In this document: positions 1 to 9,193 of the stretch, in pieces
How the letters are laid out: each line of letters opens with the position of its first letter
How positions within the stretch are numbered: the first letter of the stretch is position 1
Origin: Minisyncoccia bacterium
GTDB lineage: Bacteria; Patescibacteriota; Minisyncoccia; Phycocordibacterales; Phycocordibacteraceae
DNA: 48,284 bases
Reading direction: 5' to 3'
Assembly (NCBI GenBank): GCA_041623915.1
Contig: JBFJWB010000001.1
Location: forward strand, 1 to 48,284
Made by a program: the position numbers and the translations under genes
Notes under the pieces: model-generated
Seen by the model: the letters and a program-made list of their open reading frames with translations, nothing else
Told to the model about the DNA's origin: nothing
Database searches by the model: none

Positions 1-352
<352 letters not shown>

Positions 353-365
353 TAGAGTAATATTC

Positions 366-659
366 ATGGTAACAAAAGAAGAAGTAGAGAAGCTTTCAGA
401 ATTAGCAAGAATATCCATCAAGAAAGAAGAATCAGATTCTTTTATCAAGGATTTTGGCGCTATTTTAGATTATGTTGGGGAGCTCAATTCACTCACTTTG
501 CCTAGTGAATTGAGTGATGTAAAGATGTCTTTGCACAATGTGTTTAGGGAAGACAAAGATCCAACGCCGTCTGGAACATGGACCAAAAAGATTACGGATG
601 CGTTCCCAGAGAAAGAAGGCAATGCGCTCGTAGTAAAACAGATAATCTCCCATGATTAA
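366..659 (+). CDS. gatC: Asp/Glu-tRNA(Asn/Gln) amidotransferase subunit C
   Basis: About 97 aa starting MVTKEEVEKLSELARISIKKEE...DYVGELN, which is GatC-like. The stop overlaps the gatA ATG (ATGATTAA, 652-659). The ATG at 315 would overlap the ligA end, so the 366 start is preferred. Confidence 0.85.
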   Translation: MVTKEEVEKLSELARISIKKEESDSFIKDFGAILDYVGELNSLTLPSELSDVKMSLHNVFREDKDPTPSGTWTKKITDAFPEKEGNALVVKQIISHD

Positions 660-2091
660 AAGAAACGAACTTTCAATTAAAGAATCAGCAAGAGCGCTAC
701 GTAGTGGTGAAATTACAGTGCGAGAGCTTTGGGATGCGTGCTTTGAAGAAGCTAATAATAGAAATAGCGAGCTTAAGGCGTATCTTGAGTTATTTGCAAC
801 AGAAGATGAAGCAATAATGTCTGCACAGAGGCGCATAGACAAAGAAGGGGATATGGCGCCATTACTTTGTGGGATTCCAGTGGCGCTTAAAGATAATATT
901 TTAATTGAAGGCAAGATCGCAAGCGCTGCATCAAAGATGTTAGGAAACTATATAGCGACATATGATGCAACCGTTACTGAAAAACTTAAAGATGCAGGAG
1001 CACTTTTCTTGGGGCGCACTAACATGGATGAGTTTGCAATGGGTTCTTCAACAGAACATTCAGCATATGGCGCAACCAAGAACCCGCACGATACAAACAG
1101 AGTCCCTGGTGGCTCGTCTGGTGGATCTGCAACCGCTGTATCAGCGCATATGGCAATTGCGTCAATCGGCACTGACACAGGAGGGTCTATTCGCCAACCT
1201 GCAGCACACACAGGACTTGTTGGTCTGAAGCCTACTTACGGGGCAGTCTCTCGGCATGGGCTTATTGCTATGGGTTCTTCGCTTGATCAAGCTGGTCCAC
1301 TCACAAAGACTGTTGAAGATGCAGAGATAATATTTAAAACAATTCGTGGGAATGATCCGCTAGATTCGACAACGCTTCCGTCAGATGTTTACAAGGAAGA
1401 AGAGCCTCCTGAAAAACTCCGTATTGGCGTACCTCGTGACTTGCTTGATAAAGGTGTTGATTCTGATTTGTTGAATGTGTTTAACAAAACACTAAAAGCT
1501 CTTGTTGCAGAAGGAAACACAATTGTGGACGTAGAATTGCCAAGTAGCAAGTTTGCACTTCCCGCATATTACGTGATTATGCCAGCTGAAGTGTCTTCAA
1601 ATTTATCTCGTTTTGACGGTATTCGTTACGGGCTTGCTTCTCGCGGAAAGACGCTTTTAGATGATTATTTATTATCAAGAAGTGAGGGTTTTGGTACGGA
1701 AACCCGTCGTCGTATATTGCTCGGTACTTTTGTCCTTTCTGCAGGTTATATTGATGACTACTATCACAAGGCGCAGGCTACACGCTCTTTATTGCGAAGC
1801 GAGTATCAAAAAGTATTTAAAGAAGTAGACGTAATCGCATTTCCAACCACTCCTTCTCCTGCATTCCGTTTTGGAGAGAAAAGTGATTCTGTATCTATGT
1901 ATCTTGAAGATGTATTCACAGTCACTGCGAACCTAACTGGTATGCCAGCACTTTCAGTGCCAATGGGTTCAGTAGATAGAGATGGCAGTAATCTTCCTGT
2001 CGGTATGCATTTTACAGCCCCACACAAAAAAGAGTCATTGTTGTTTTCTGTCGGCAAAGATGTAGAAGTTGTTCGTAGTGTAGGTAATTAA
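652..2091 (+). CDS. gatA: Glutamyl-tRNA(Gln) amidotransferase subunit A (amidase signature family)
   Basis: 479 aa with the amidase signature GGSSGGSATAV...GTDTGGSIRQPA, translationally coupled to gatC. Confidence 0.95.
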   Translation: MIKRNELSIKESARALRSGEITVRELWDACFEEANNRNSELKAYLELFATEDEAIMSAQRRIDKEGDMAPLLCGIPVALKDNILIEGKIASAASKMLGNYIATYDATVTEKLKDAGALFLGRTNMDEFAMGSSTEHSAYGATKNPHDTNRVPGGSSGGSATAVSAHMAIASIGTDTGGSIRQPAAHTGLVGLKPTYGAVSRHGLIAMGSSLDQAGPLTKTVEDAEIIFKTIRGNDPLDSTTLPSDVYKEEEPPEKLRIGVPRDLLDKGVDSDLLNVFNKTLKALVAEGNTIVDVELPSSKFALPAYYVIMPAEVSSNLSRFDGIRYGLASRGKTLLDDYLLSRSEGFGTETRRRILLGTFVLSAGYIDDYYHKAQATRSLLRSEYQKVFKEVDVIAFPTTPSPAFRFGEKSDSVSMYLEDVFTVTANLTGMPALSVPMGSVDRDGSNLPVGMHFTAPHKKESLLFSVGKDVEVVRSVGN

Positions 2092-2123
2092 AAAGATACA
2101 GGATTCGGGTATACTAAATACCA

Positions 2124-2771
2124 ATGGCATTTTGGTTTATTGTCCCTGTACTGTTTATCCTTGCGGTTGGGATAGTCCTGCTCGTGTATTTACCAAGTGG
2201 AGCGTCTGAGGAACAAATTAATGTTGAGTTTTGGTTTCGTCAATTATATGAATTGTGGGCGCGTATAACTAATACAGACCCAAGCAGTCTAGCCGTCACA
2301 TTCTCTACTTTGTGGGGGTATATAACAGCAATAGGTTATTTGCTTACTGTTTTAGGTATTGCATTGGTGGTGTACTCTACAGTCCGGCTATTTCATTTGC
2401 GTAAACGTGAAGATGAAGCGTACGCACCGCTTATGCTCGCGTCAGCAGACACAGCCACAAACAAAAGATGGATACATATCCAAGAATTAATGGAGAGTGG
2501 TAAGCCAAGTGAATGGCGCGAAGCTATTATTGAATCAGACATAATGTTGGACGACATGCTTCGCGAACAGGGATACCACGGCGCTGGTGTTGGCGAGAGG
2601 CTCAAGAGCGTAGAGCGTGCAGACTTTAATACGCTAAATGACGCATGGGAAGCGCATAAGGTTCGTAATCAGATAGCACATGAAGGCTCATCCTTTGATC
2701 TTTCGCAAACTCTCGCGCAACGCACCATTGCACGTTACGAGGCTGTATTTCGTGAATTTCACGCTATTTGA
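2124..2771 (+). CDS. Hypothetical membrane protein (two N-terminal TM segments, soluble C-terminal domain)
   Basis: 215-aa ORF with hydrophobic stretches FWFIVPVLFILAVGIVLLVYL and ITAIGYLLTVLGIALVVYS. No family recognised. Confidence 0.55.
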   Translation: MAFWFIVPVLFILAVGIVLLVYLPSGASEEQINVEFWFRQLYELWARITNTDPSSLAVTFSTLWGYITAIGYLLTVLGIALVVYSTVRLFHLRKREDEAYAPLMLASADTATNKRWIHIQELMESGKPSEWREAIIESDIMLDDMLREQGYHGAGVGERLKSVERADFNTLNDAWEAHKVRNQIAHEGSSFDLSQTLAQRTIARYEAVFREFHAI

Positions 2772-2823
2772 TATAAATAAGCTTGCAAAAGTCTTTGTAG
2801 AGGCGTAGTGTAAAATTAAGCAT

Positions 2824-2894
2824 AGCGGGGTAGAGGAGAGGTACCTCGGGAGGCTCATAACCTCCAGACGCGGGTTCGAGTCCCGCCCCCGCAA
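2824..2894 (+). tRNA. tRNA with anticodon CAT, initiator-like (position 1:72 unpaired A x A)
   Basis: Cloverleaf read by eye: acceptor AGCGGGG/CCCCGCA, U8, D stem GAGG/CCTC, anticodon stem GGAGG/CCTCC with loop CTCATAA, T arm GCGGG-TTCGAGT-CCCGC, discriminator A. No encoded CCA. Confidence 0.75.
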
Positions 2895-2903
2895 CAAAAA
2901 AAT

Positions 2904-2935
2904 AATCAAAAACCGCAGAAATGCGGTTTTTGATT
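2904..2935 (+). terminator. Rho-independent terminator after the tRNA
   Basis: Perfect 14-bp hairpin AATCAAAAACCGCA / TGCGGTTTTTGATT containing a T-run. Confidence 0.7.
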
Positions 2936-2974
2936 AGCGCTCACGCTAGTAAGTATGGTATACACAATGCACAT

Positions 2975-3391
2975 ATGAAAAAAACTAGTAAGAAGCAAAT
3001 ACGAGTGCCCGCCCCAGAAGGAACCGTAGTTAAACGCTCATCGGCAGGGCTGGGATTGTTTGCCACGCGTCAGTACAAAAAAGGCGAGATGATCATTGAG
3101 TATGTAGGGCGAGTTATTTCAGAAGATGAAGCATACACAAGTAAGAGTAAATATTTATTTGAGATAACAAAAAAGAAGACTGTTGATGGTAAGCCAAACA
3201 TAAATCCTGCTGGTTATATCAATCATTCGTGTAGGCCCAATAGCGAACCATTACTCAAAAAGGGACGTATCTTTATTTACACAAAGCGTGCAATAAAAGC
3301 AGGTGAAGAGTTTACATATGATTATGGCGAAGAATATTTTGATGATCACATCAAACCGAATGGTTGTAGATGTATAAAATGCAAAGAATAA
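2975..3391 (+). CDS. SET-domain protein (putative protein-lysine methyltransferase)
   Basis: GLGLFATRQYKKGEMIIEYVGRVI..., GYINHSCRPNSEP, GEEFTYDYG and a post-SET-like CRCIKCK. The ATG at 2921 lies inside the terminator hairpin, so the 2975 start is preferred. Confidence 0.85.
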   Translation: MKKTSKKQIRVPAPEGTVVKRSSAGLGLFATRQYKKGEMIIEYVGRVISEDEAYTSKSKYLFEITKKKTVDGKPNINPAGYINHSCRPNSEPLLKKGRIFIYTKRAIKAGEEFTYDYGEEYFDDHIKPNGCRCIKCKE

Positions 3392-3410
3392 CTTCAATAT
3401 AAAGCACCCA

Positions 3411-4400
3411 CTAAATGTCTAGTTGCAATCCTGCAGAAGTTTCATCTCGACTTGTCGTGGTCGCATCGCCGAAAATGTCTACATCTAGTGTGGAGGCGGC
3501 ACGCGTAAGTACATCTAAACGAGCGTTTGCTGAAAGTGCGTCCGTAAAAGCACGCTCAGCACTGTCACCGTCTTCTCTTTCCATATAAATTTTTCCTTTG
3601 TCCGCGGTATCTTGTGCGTCCATAAGTTCCTTGCGAACACGTATCAATGTGGATGTATCAATAGTCTTTGCTCTGGTTTCAAGTGCCTCATTAGATATTT
3701 GAAATGCGTGTTCTATTTCTGCCCCAAGCTGACCTACCATCTTATGTTGAAGTGGGGAACGAGACTCTCGTTTCATATGGGTTTTTAGTGCCGCATGTAG
3801 TTCTGTTGTTGTAGTTGCTCCTGTGCGCTCAGCAAGGCGGGTAATTACAGTGTCATATGCAGAAAGGTGAGCTGCAAAACGTACATCCTGAACTAACGCA
3901 TCCGCATCCACTCGGAGACTTAACGAACGTCTGGCATTAGTGCTGTGTTTAGAGAAATCCTTAGCTAGTTTACTTGCGACTTCAGCGTTTAGTTTTTCTC
4001 TGTCAACAAGTATTACAGCTTCTTCAAGTCGTCGTTCGGCGAGCCGTATATGCCACTCAGCCTTTTTTTTATGGCTTGTTGAAAGTACTGTGCGCGCAGG
4101 CTCAGTTATATGTATTTTAACTCCGTACAGCACATCACCAGGTATTGTGCGCTCTGCTGCGTAAGCTACGCCTCCTGTCGTACTAAATATAATAAGCGCA
4201 ATTGCCACAGACGCGTATGCTGGCCTACGTAGATATGAAAAGATATTCTGTAGTCTTGTTCGTGGTTCTTCAGGTACAAGCTTTGGAGTGAAGCTCATAT
4301 ACTCATTTACATATGCTCGCATCCGTTCCTTTTCAGTTGGCGACATACGAACGTCGTTTCCAACAGAACGCAAGAGATTTTCAATAGATTGTTTTTTCAT
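3411..4400 (-). CDS. Putative anti-sigma factor-like membrane protein (DUF5667-like extracytoplasmic region)
   Basis: Lies 4 nt downstream of the ECF sigma gene. It has about 60 cytoplasmic residues, one TM (AYASVAIALIIFSTTGGVAYAA), then a PGDVLYGVKIHITE...RLAERRLEEA pattern. Confidence 0.55.
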   Translation of the reverse strand: MKKQSIENLLRSVGNDVRMSPTEKERMRAYVNEYMSFTPKLVPEEPRTRLQNIFSYLRRPAYASVAIALIIFSTTGGVAYAAERTIPGDVLYGVKIHITEPARTVLSTSHKKKAEWHIRLAERRLEEAVILVDREKLNAEVASKLAKDFSKHSTNARRSLSLRVDADALVQDVRFAAHLSAYDTVITRLAERTGATTTTELHAALKTHMKRESRSPLQHKMVGQLGAEIEHAFQISNEALETRAKTIDTSTLIRVRKELMDAQDTADKGKIYMEREDGDSAERAFTDALSANARLDVLTRAASTLDVDIFGDATTTSRDETSAGLQLDI

Positions 4401-4404
4401 AAGA

Positions 4405-5013
4405 TTATTTTGGTTCAGGTGAAGGACACCATTCTTTCAGTTTCTTAACACTTCTGTGTAAGCGTACAGAAACTGTATTTTCAGAAATCTTCAAAATGGA
4501 TGCTATCTCTTTTGGCGAGAATCCATCTATATAGCGTAATACAAGTACGCTACGATATGATTGGGGTAAGTTAGGTATTAGTTCGTTTATCTTTTTTATA
4601 TCCAATTTCGTATCAAAGTAGTCTTCTGTTTCAGAACGACTTCCTGTAGCCAAGAGCGGATTATTGGACGCGGTAGTATCGTCAAGAAGTGCGTCCAGCG
4701 ATGCTTCCTTTTTTCGGCGATACTCGTCAATTATGCGATTGTGCAATGAACGAAACAAAAAACCTCTCCAATGGTTAATTTCTCCACCAGTACGGATGTA
4801 GTCCCATGCTTTTGCGAATGTGTCTTGTGTCGCGTCTATTGCGTCTTCTCGAGTCGGTAGCCTGAACGACGCATGACGAAAAAGCGCATCCGCGTTTTCG
4901 TCAAACGCCTTCAAAAAGGCTTTTTCTTGCGTAGATTCCATAGTGAGAGTCCGCGTATGGACTCCGTCCATCATACGCTTGCTAAGCATGCTTGTCGCCA
5001 TGACTGTATACAT
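4405..5013 (-). CDS. RNA polymerase sigma-70 family ECF sigma factor (start uncertain; ATG at 4941 is possible)
   Basis: Region 2-like DAIDATQDTFAKAWDYI...FLFRSLHNRIIDEYRRKK and region 4 HTH LVLRYIDGFSPKEIASILKISENTVSVRLHRSVKKLKE. Confidence 0.85.
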   Translation of the reverse strand: MYTVMATSMLSKRMMDGVHTRTLTMESTQEKAFLKAFDENADALFRHASFRLPTREDAIDATQDTFAKAWDYIRTGGEINHWRGFLFRSLHNRIIDEYRRKKEASLDALLDDTTASNNPLLATGSRSETEDYFDTKLDIKKINELIPNLPQSYRSVLVLRYIDGFSPKEIASILKISENTVSVRLHRSVKKLKEWCPSPEPK

Positions 5014-5021
5014 AGCGGTGT

Positions 5022-5207
5022 TTACATGCTTACCAATGCGTTTAACGCACCGCTAATCCCAATATGTAGAGGCGCGGTAATTTCTGCAGAAACAATTGCA
5101 ATTTGATTTATTCCTGTTGCGACCATTTCTGGAGCGATTACTTCAGCGCCTGCAGAAAACAGAAGTACAGGCAGGGATACCATTGCGCTTATAGCGAGTA
5201 TATTCAT
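5022..5207 (-). CDS. Small hydrophobic protein (hypothetical)
   Basis: 61-aa ORF ending 8 nt before the sigma ORF start, with a signal/TM-like N-terminus MNILAISAMVSLPVLLF. No homology recognised. Confidence 0.3.
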   Translation of the reverse strand: MNILAISAMVSLPVLLFSAGAEVIAPEMVATGINQIAIVSAEITAPLHIGISGALNALVSM

Positions 5208-5417
5208 ATATTGATTTTTACTGGTTAATCAGCGCCTGTTATGGGCGCTATCTAGTAAGACGACTTATTATGATGTTTCTTACACACTCAGGTTTCTGGT
5301 CCTCATGATAGAAAATAATGCTGTGGCTTATATTCGCCAAATATAGAAAACATGATACTTTTCTCTTAAGTGATGTTATTGGTGAGATGCATACTATTTT
5401 GCCGTATCTGTTCACTC

Positions 5418-5449
5418 GGATGGGGAAATAGAGTACTATTTCCCCATCC
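5418..5449 (+). terminator. Perfect 14-bp hairpin plus T-run, with no annotated upstream gene
   Basis: GGATGGGGAAATAG-AGTA-CTATTTCCCCATCC followed by TTTT. TTCACTC lies on both sides (5411-5417 and 5452-5458). Confidence 0.5.
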
Positions 5450-5459
5450 TTTTCACTCA

Positions 5460-5533
5460 GCCGGGGTAGCTCAGTTGGTTAGAGCGTGGGACTCATAAAC
5501 CCAAGGTCGACGGTTCAATTCCGTCCCCCGGCA
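5460..5533 (+). tRNA. tRNA with anticodon CAT (elongator Met or lysidine-modified Ile2; G1:C72 paired)
   Basis: GCCGGGG acceptor paired with CCCCGGC, D arm GCTCAGTTGGTTAGAGC, anticodon loop CTCATAA, T arm GACGG-TTCAATT-CCGTC. Confidence 0.9.
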
Positions 5534-5574
5534 CTGACATTTTAATCAGTCTCTGGTAGGATACCAGCACCCTT

Positions 5575-5648
5575 GCGGGGGTAGCTCAACTGGTTAGAGC
5601 ATCCGCCTGTCACGCGGAAGGTTGCGGGTTCAAGTCCCGTCTCCCGCG
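5575..5648 (+). tRNA. tRNA-Asp (GTC)
   Basis: Acceptor GCGGGGG/CTCCCGC, anticodon stem TCCGC/GCGGA with loop CTGTCAC, T arm GCGGG-TTCAAGT-CCCGT. Confidence 0.9.
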
Positions 5649-5653
5649 CAAAG

Positions 5654-5685
5654 AAAAAGAGCCCTTAAATAAAGGGCTCTTTTTC
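5654..5685 (+). terminator. Rho-independent terminator after the tRNA pair
   Basis: AGAGCCCTT / AAGGGCTCT hairpin followed by TTTTT. Confidence 0.7.
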
Positions 5686-5726
5686 GTGAGGAAACATTGC
5701 GACTTAAGCCGGGGTATAATTGTGTA

Positions 5727-6485
5727 ATGAAAAGTTCTAAAGCCAAGAAAGAGTTCAGTGGCCTCAAGGCCCTTTTTATCAACTGCTCTATTAATATGAA
5801 CTCGTCTGAGTCACACACTCAGAGATTGATGAATCGTGCGTCTAATATAATGAAAATAGAAGGTGTTAAAGTAGAGCATTTGTATGCACTTGAGCACGAT
5901 ATTGCATTTGGAATGATTAAAGACGGTCAGAAGGAGACACAAAAACAAAAAGATGATTGGCCTAAAATTGAGAGAAAGATAAAACAAGCTGACATTTTGG
6001 TAATAGGCACACCAATCTGGCTTGGAGTGAAATCAAGTGTCGCCACACAAGTTATTGAACGAATGTATGCATATAGTGGCGATCGAAGCGATAAAGATCA
6101 ATATATTTATTATGGGAAAGTCGCTGGCTGTATCATAACGGGGAACGAAGATGGCGCTAAACATTGTGCGATGGATATTCTATATGCTCTTTCACACATA
6201 GGGTATACCATTCCTCCACAAGCAGATACAGCTTGGCTCGGTGAGGTTGGACCAGGACCAAGTTATGGTGATACAAAATGGAATGGAGAATTGATCGAAG
6301 GAGATGGAACTCCAACTGGATATAACAATGAGTTTACCAATCGGAATACAACATTCATGGCTTGGAATCTCATGCATATGGCCAAAATCCTAAAAGATAA
6401 CAATGGAATTCCAGCAAAAGGCAATACTACTAAGGGATGGAAGCATGTAACCAATGCAGAGGATCAAAATCCTGAATATCGATAA
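5727..6485 (+). CDS. Flavodoxin-like fold NAD(P)H-dependent FMN reductase family protein
   Basis: N-terminal beta-strand KALFINCSI, then ADILVIGTPIWLGVKSSVATQVIERM, typical of the NADPH-dependent FMN reductase/flavodoxin-like fold. The TTG at 5697 is less likely than the ATG at 5727. Confidence 0.7.
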   Translation: MKSSKAKKEFSGLKALFINCSINMNSSESHTQRLMNRASNIMKIEGVKVEHLYALEHDIAFGMIKDGQKETQKQKDDWPKIERKIKQADILVIGTPIWLGVKSSVATQVIERMYAYSGDRSDKDQYIYYGKVAGCIITGNEDGAKHCAMDILYALSHIGYTIPPQADTAWLGEVGPGPSYGDTKWNGELIEGDGTPTGYNNEFTNRNTTFMAWNLMHMAKILKDNNGIPAKGNTTKGWKHVTNAEDQNPEYR

Positions 6486-6550
6486 ATTTCTATACTTATC
6501 TCACGAAGTGGAAAGTATAATTGTGCTGGTATTATATCTAGTAATTATTT

Positions 6551-6892
6551 ATGTACGGATTTCATCATCTTCGCGCGCGAGTTAAGCATCCAAAGACATC
6601 TCCGAAATCTCTTGTGCCGTTTCCAGCCACAAGCCTCCTAAAAAGGAGACTCGATTATCTTATGTATGTTGTTGGTGTTACTGCCCCGTTAGCGTTGTTG
6701 CCTCAAGTTGTCACGCTTTACGTTTCGCGTACCGCAGATGATTTTTCTCTTGTGTCTTGGATACTTTTGACTACGCAAAGTGCTTTGTGGGTAGCATACG
6801 GTTATGTACATAAAGAGCCACAGCTCGTTATAGCAAACGGATTATTTATGTTCTTAAACTTAGCTATCGTCACTGCGATTTTGATCTTCTAA
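6551..6892 (+). CDS. SemiSWEET / PQ-loop family transporter (start may be the ATG at 6662)
   Basis: Three-TM protein with LALLPQVVTLYVSRTADDFSLVSWILLTTQSALWVAYGYVHKEPQLVIANGLFMFLNLAIV. The PQ motif and spacing match bacterial SemiSWEETs. Confidence 0.75.
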   Translation: MYGFHHLRARVKHPKTSPKSLVPFPATSLLKRRLDYLMYVVGVTAPLALLPQVVTLYVSRTADDFSLVSWILLTTQSALWVAYGYVHKEPQLVIANGLFMFLNLAIVTAILIF

Positions 6893-6951
6893 TACTATTC
6901 ACACCACCATTTCATTAGTCTTACGTATACATGTAATACTAAATATAACGA

Positions 6952-8658
6952 ATGGCAAACAAAGAGCTAAATGAATATGTGCAAAAAGAACTCGCAAGAG
7001 GCGTGACCACTGCTCAGCTGAGAGAAGTATTAATAAAAGCTGATTGGTCAGTAAACGACGTGGATGAAGTGTTGAAAATAAGTTCAAACGTAGTTACGCC
7101 TAGTACTTCAGAAACAGTACCACCACCATTTGCCTCTAAAGAAGAGAACTCAAGCCAAACAAAATCTCCAGCTAAGTCTGGAACAAAACTATTTTTACTA
7201 ATCGCCAGTACAGCTATTGTTTTAGGGCTTATGTCCGGCACTGCATATGCATATGTTGCAAAAATTGGGCCTTTTTCAACACCTCCATATAATCAGCAAA
7301 ATATCTTGTCTGGAGTACTGCATTATCTGAGCTCAATTAATTCTGCGTCATATACTTTCGACGGCGCGCTTTCTGTTGGTGAGAGAGATCAAGACGCATT
7401 ACCTTTTTCCTACACTAGCGCTATGAATGTAGCTGATGACACGTATTCACGTGATGTACGACGAACTGCAGATATGCAATCTATTCTTGAACAACTACAA
7501 TTTCATGGCGCACCATACCCTATATCACTAGAAGACGCAGAAGCTCTATCCGAAGGTCTGGCAAGTACCGTAGACCCTCTGTCTGGAAATCCGTATCGAT
7601 ACGAACAAATTGCTGGGGGAGATGATTTTGCATTAATTGCAGTTTTTGAGACACAAGAAGTTCTTAAGTATTTGGAAGATAATTTTTCTGTGGAAACAAT
7701 TCTAAAAGGACAGAGCGCAACCTTTAACAAAGATACTCCGCTGTACTTGGCTGTTCCATCAAAACCAAGGAATAAATTTTTGGAAGCATTAACTAACGAC
7801 TTCAGCGCATTGTCTCCTGAATTTTCTGCTAGCTTTGCCATAAAAGGCTCACTTGAATCAATAAAAAAAGAAAAACATTCTTGGGCATTAAATCTAAACG
7901 CAATTGGCGATCTTGGAGATCTTGCTTACAAAGTTAATGCAGATGCTATCTATAAAGATGACATATATTACATACGTATAAATAATTTACCGGGTCTACT
8001 AGGCTCCTTGTCCACATACAAAGGTAAGTGGCTAAAGATATATCAAGATACTGCAACTAAATCTACAGAGTACTCAGGATTTCTTCCTATTGTGTCAAAA
8101 CTATCACTGGCAAATGATTGGTATCAAAATAGCGGAGACTCCATATGGCCTCTGCTTATTGAAGTGGCTCAAATAGCTGGAGAAGAAAATCTGATATTTT
8201 TAACGGATCTTCCGAAAAAAGAACGTATAGATGGAGAGCTTCTTTATGTTTATAAAATCTCTTTAAGAAAAGAAGCTCTGGTTTCAGTTTATGAACGTGT
8301 TACATCAAGTTCTTTGGATGGCTCAGAGCAAGTATTAGGTTTCCTAGGTATTGGCAAAGAATTCGCGACTACCATTAAGAGCGAGTCATTTTCAGAGCTG
8401 TTTGATTACTATCAAAAGAACTCAACGTTAATGCTTTGGGTAGATGAGCGAGGAGTGCCGGTAATGGCTCAACATAATATGCGCATTGTGCCACCAGATT
8501 CTGCGCATATATTTTCTGGTAAGCAAATTAACCTTACATTCCGGATCTTACTTTCTGATTTGAATAAACCAATTATGATTGAAGCGCCAACAGATGCAGA
8601 ATCACTTAATGAGATTGTTGGATTACCAACAATGGTTGATGTTGAGGGTAGTCAATAA
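6952..8658 (+). CDS. Hypothetical membrane-anchored extracytoplasmic protein
   Basis: 568-aa ORF with a short helical N-domain, a low-complexity linker, one TM (LFLLIASTAIVLGLMSGTAYAYV) and a large C-terminal region. No family recognised. Confidence 0.6.
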   Translation: MANKELNEYVQKELARGVTTAQLREVLIKADWSVNDVDEVLKISSNVVTPSTSETVPPPFASKEENSSQTKSPAKSGTKLFLLIASTAIVLGLMSGTAYAYVAKIGPFSTPPYNQQNILSGVLHYLSSINSASYTFDGALSVGERDQDALPFSYTSAMNVADDTYSRDVRRTADMQSILEQLQFHGAPYPISLEDAEALSEGLASTVDPLSGNPYRYEQIAGGDDFALIAVFETQEVLKYLEDNFSVETILKGQSATFNKDTPLYLAVPSKPRNKFLEALTNDFSALSPEFSASFAIKGSLESIKKEKHSWALNLNAIGDLGDLAYKVNADAIYKDDIYYIRINNLPGLLGSLSTYKGKWLKIYQDTATKSTEYSGFLPIVSKLSLANDWYQNSGDSIWPLLIEVAQIAGEENLIFLTDLPKKERIDGELLYVYKISLRKEALVSVYERVTSSSLDGSEQVLGFLGIGKEFATTIKSESFSELFDYYQKNSTLMLWVDERGVPVMAQHNMRIVPPDSAHIFSGKQINLTFRILLSDLNKPIMIEAPTDAESLNEIVGLPTMVDVEGSQ

Positions 8659-8700
8659 ATTGAAAGAATAATAAAAGTCCGTTAGTATGCGGGAATGCTT

Positions 8701-8776
8701 GCCGATGTAGCTCAGTTGGTAGAGCAACGCCATGGTAAGGCGTAGGTCGTCGGTTCAAACCCGACCATCGGCTCCA
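8701..8776 (+). tRNA. tRNA-Thr (GGT), CCA encoded
   Basis: Acceptor GCCGATG/CATCGGC, anticodon stem ACGCC/GGCGT with loop ATGGTAA, T arm GTCGG-TTCAAAC-CCGAC, then TCCA. Confidence 0.9.
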
Positions 8777-8782
8777 AGTAGT

Positions 8783-8809
8783 AAAAGAGGCGCGTACGCG
8801 CCTCTTTTT
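8783..8809. terminator. Bidirectional terminator hairpin
   Basis: AAAAGAGGCGCG-TA-CGCGCCTCTTTTT, sitting between the tRNA-Thr and the stop of the convergent gene 8808-9125. Confidence 0.7.
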
Positions 8810-9125
8810 AGTGATTAGCACAAAACCGAAGTGGAACTAATCTAGTGACAATCCCAGCTTCATTGGTGGTGAATTTAACTACAATGCCTGGTATCAACCC
8901 TTTTGGCGAGAAGCGCTTTAGATAACGTGGATGCTCATCATTGTATTCTTCGTACACATCAGCAAGAGCGCAAGAGAACATCTCTCCATGGTCCCCGTCT
9001 TCAAGTATGTGAACCACGCGCTCATCAAAAGTAATTCGTTTTACCAAAGCAATTCGGTAATTAATTATGGGCATAATACTTCCATAATATGTGGGTCCAT
9101 ATAATATATACTCACGGTAATGCAT
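8808..9125 (-). CDS. Hypothetical protein
   Basis: 105-aa ORF followed by the terminator. No recognisable motif. Confidence 0.5.
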   Translation of the reverse strand: MHYREYILYGPTYYGSIMPIINYRIALVKRITFDERVVHILEDGDHGEMFSCALADVYEEYNDEHPRYLKRFSPKGLIPGIVVKFTTNEAGIVTRLVPLRFCANH

Positions 9126-9193
9126 AAAAGTTACATCTTAGAATTTCCTTTTTGTTTTATGCTTAGATGTGGTAGAAAAGAGTGTGTCCTCCA

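Noticed and set aside
2688-2909. Minus-strand ORFs crossing tRNA genes (2688-2909, 8606-8821, 14493-14687).
   Set aside because: Each is explained by a well-folded tRNA on the + strand. Their translations contain the typical tRNA-antisense peptide noise.
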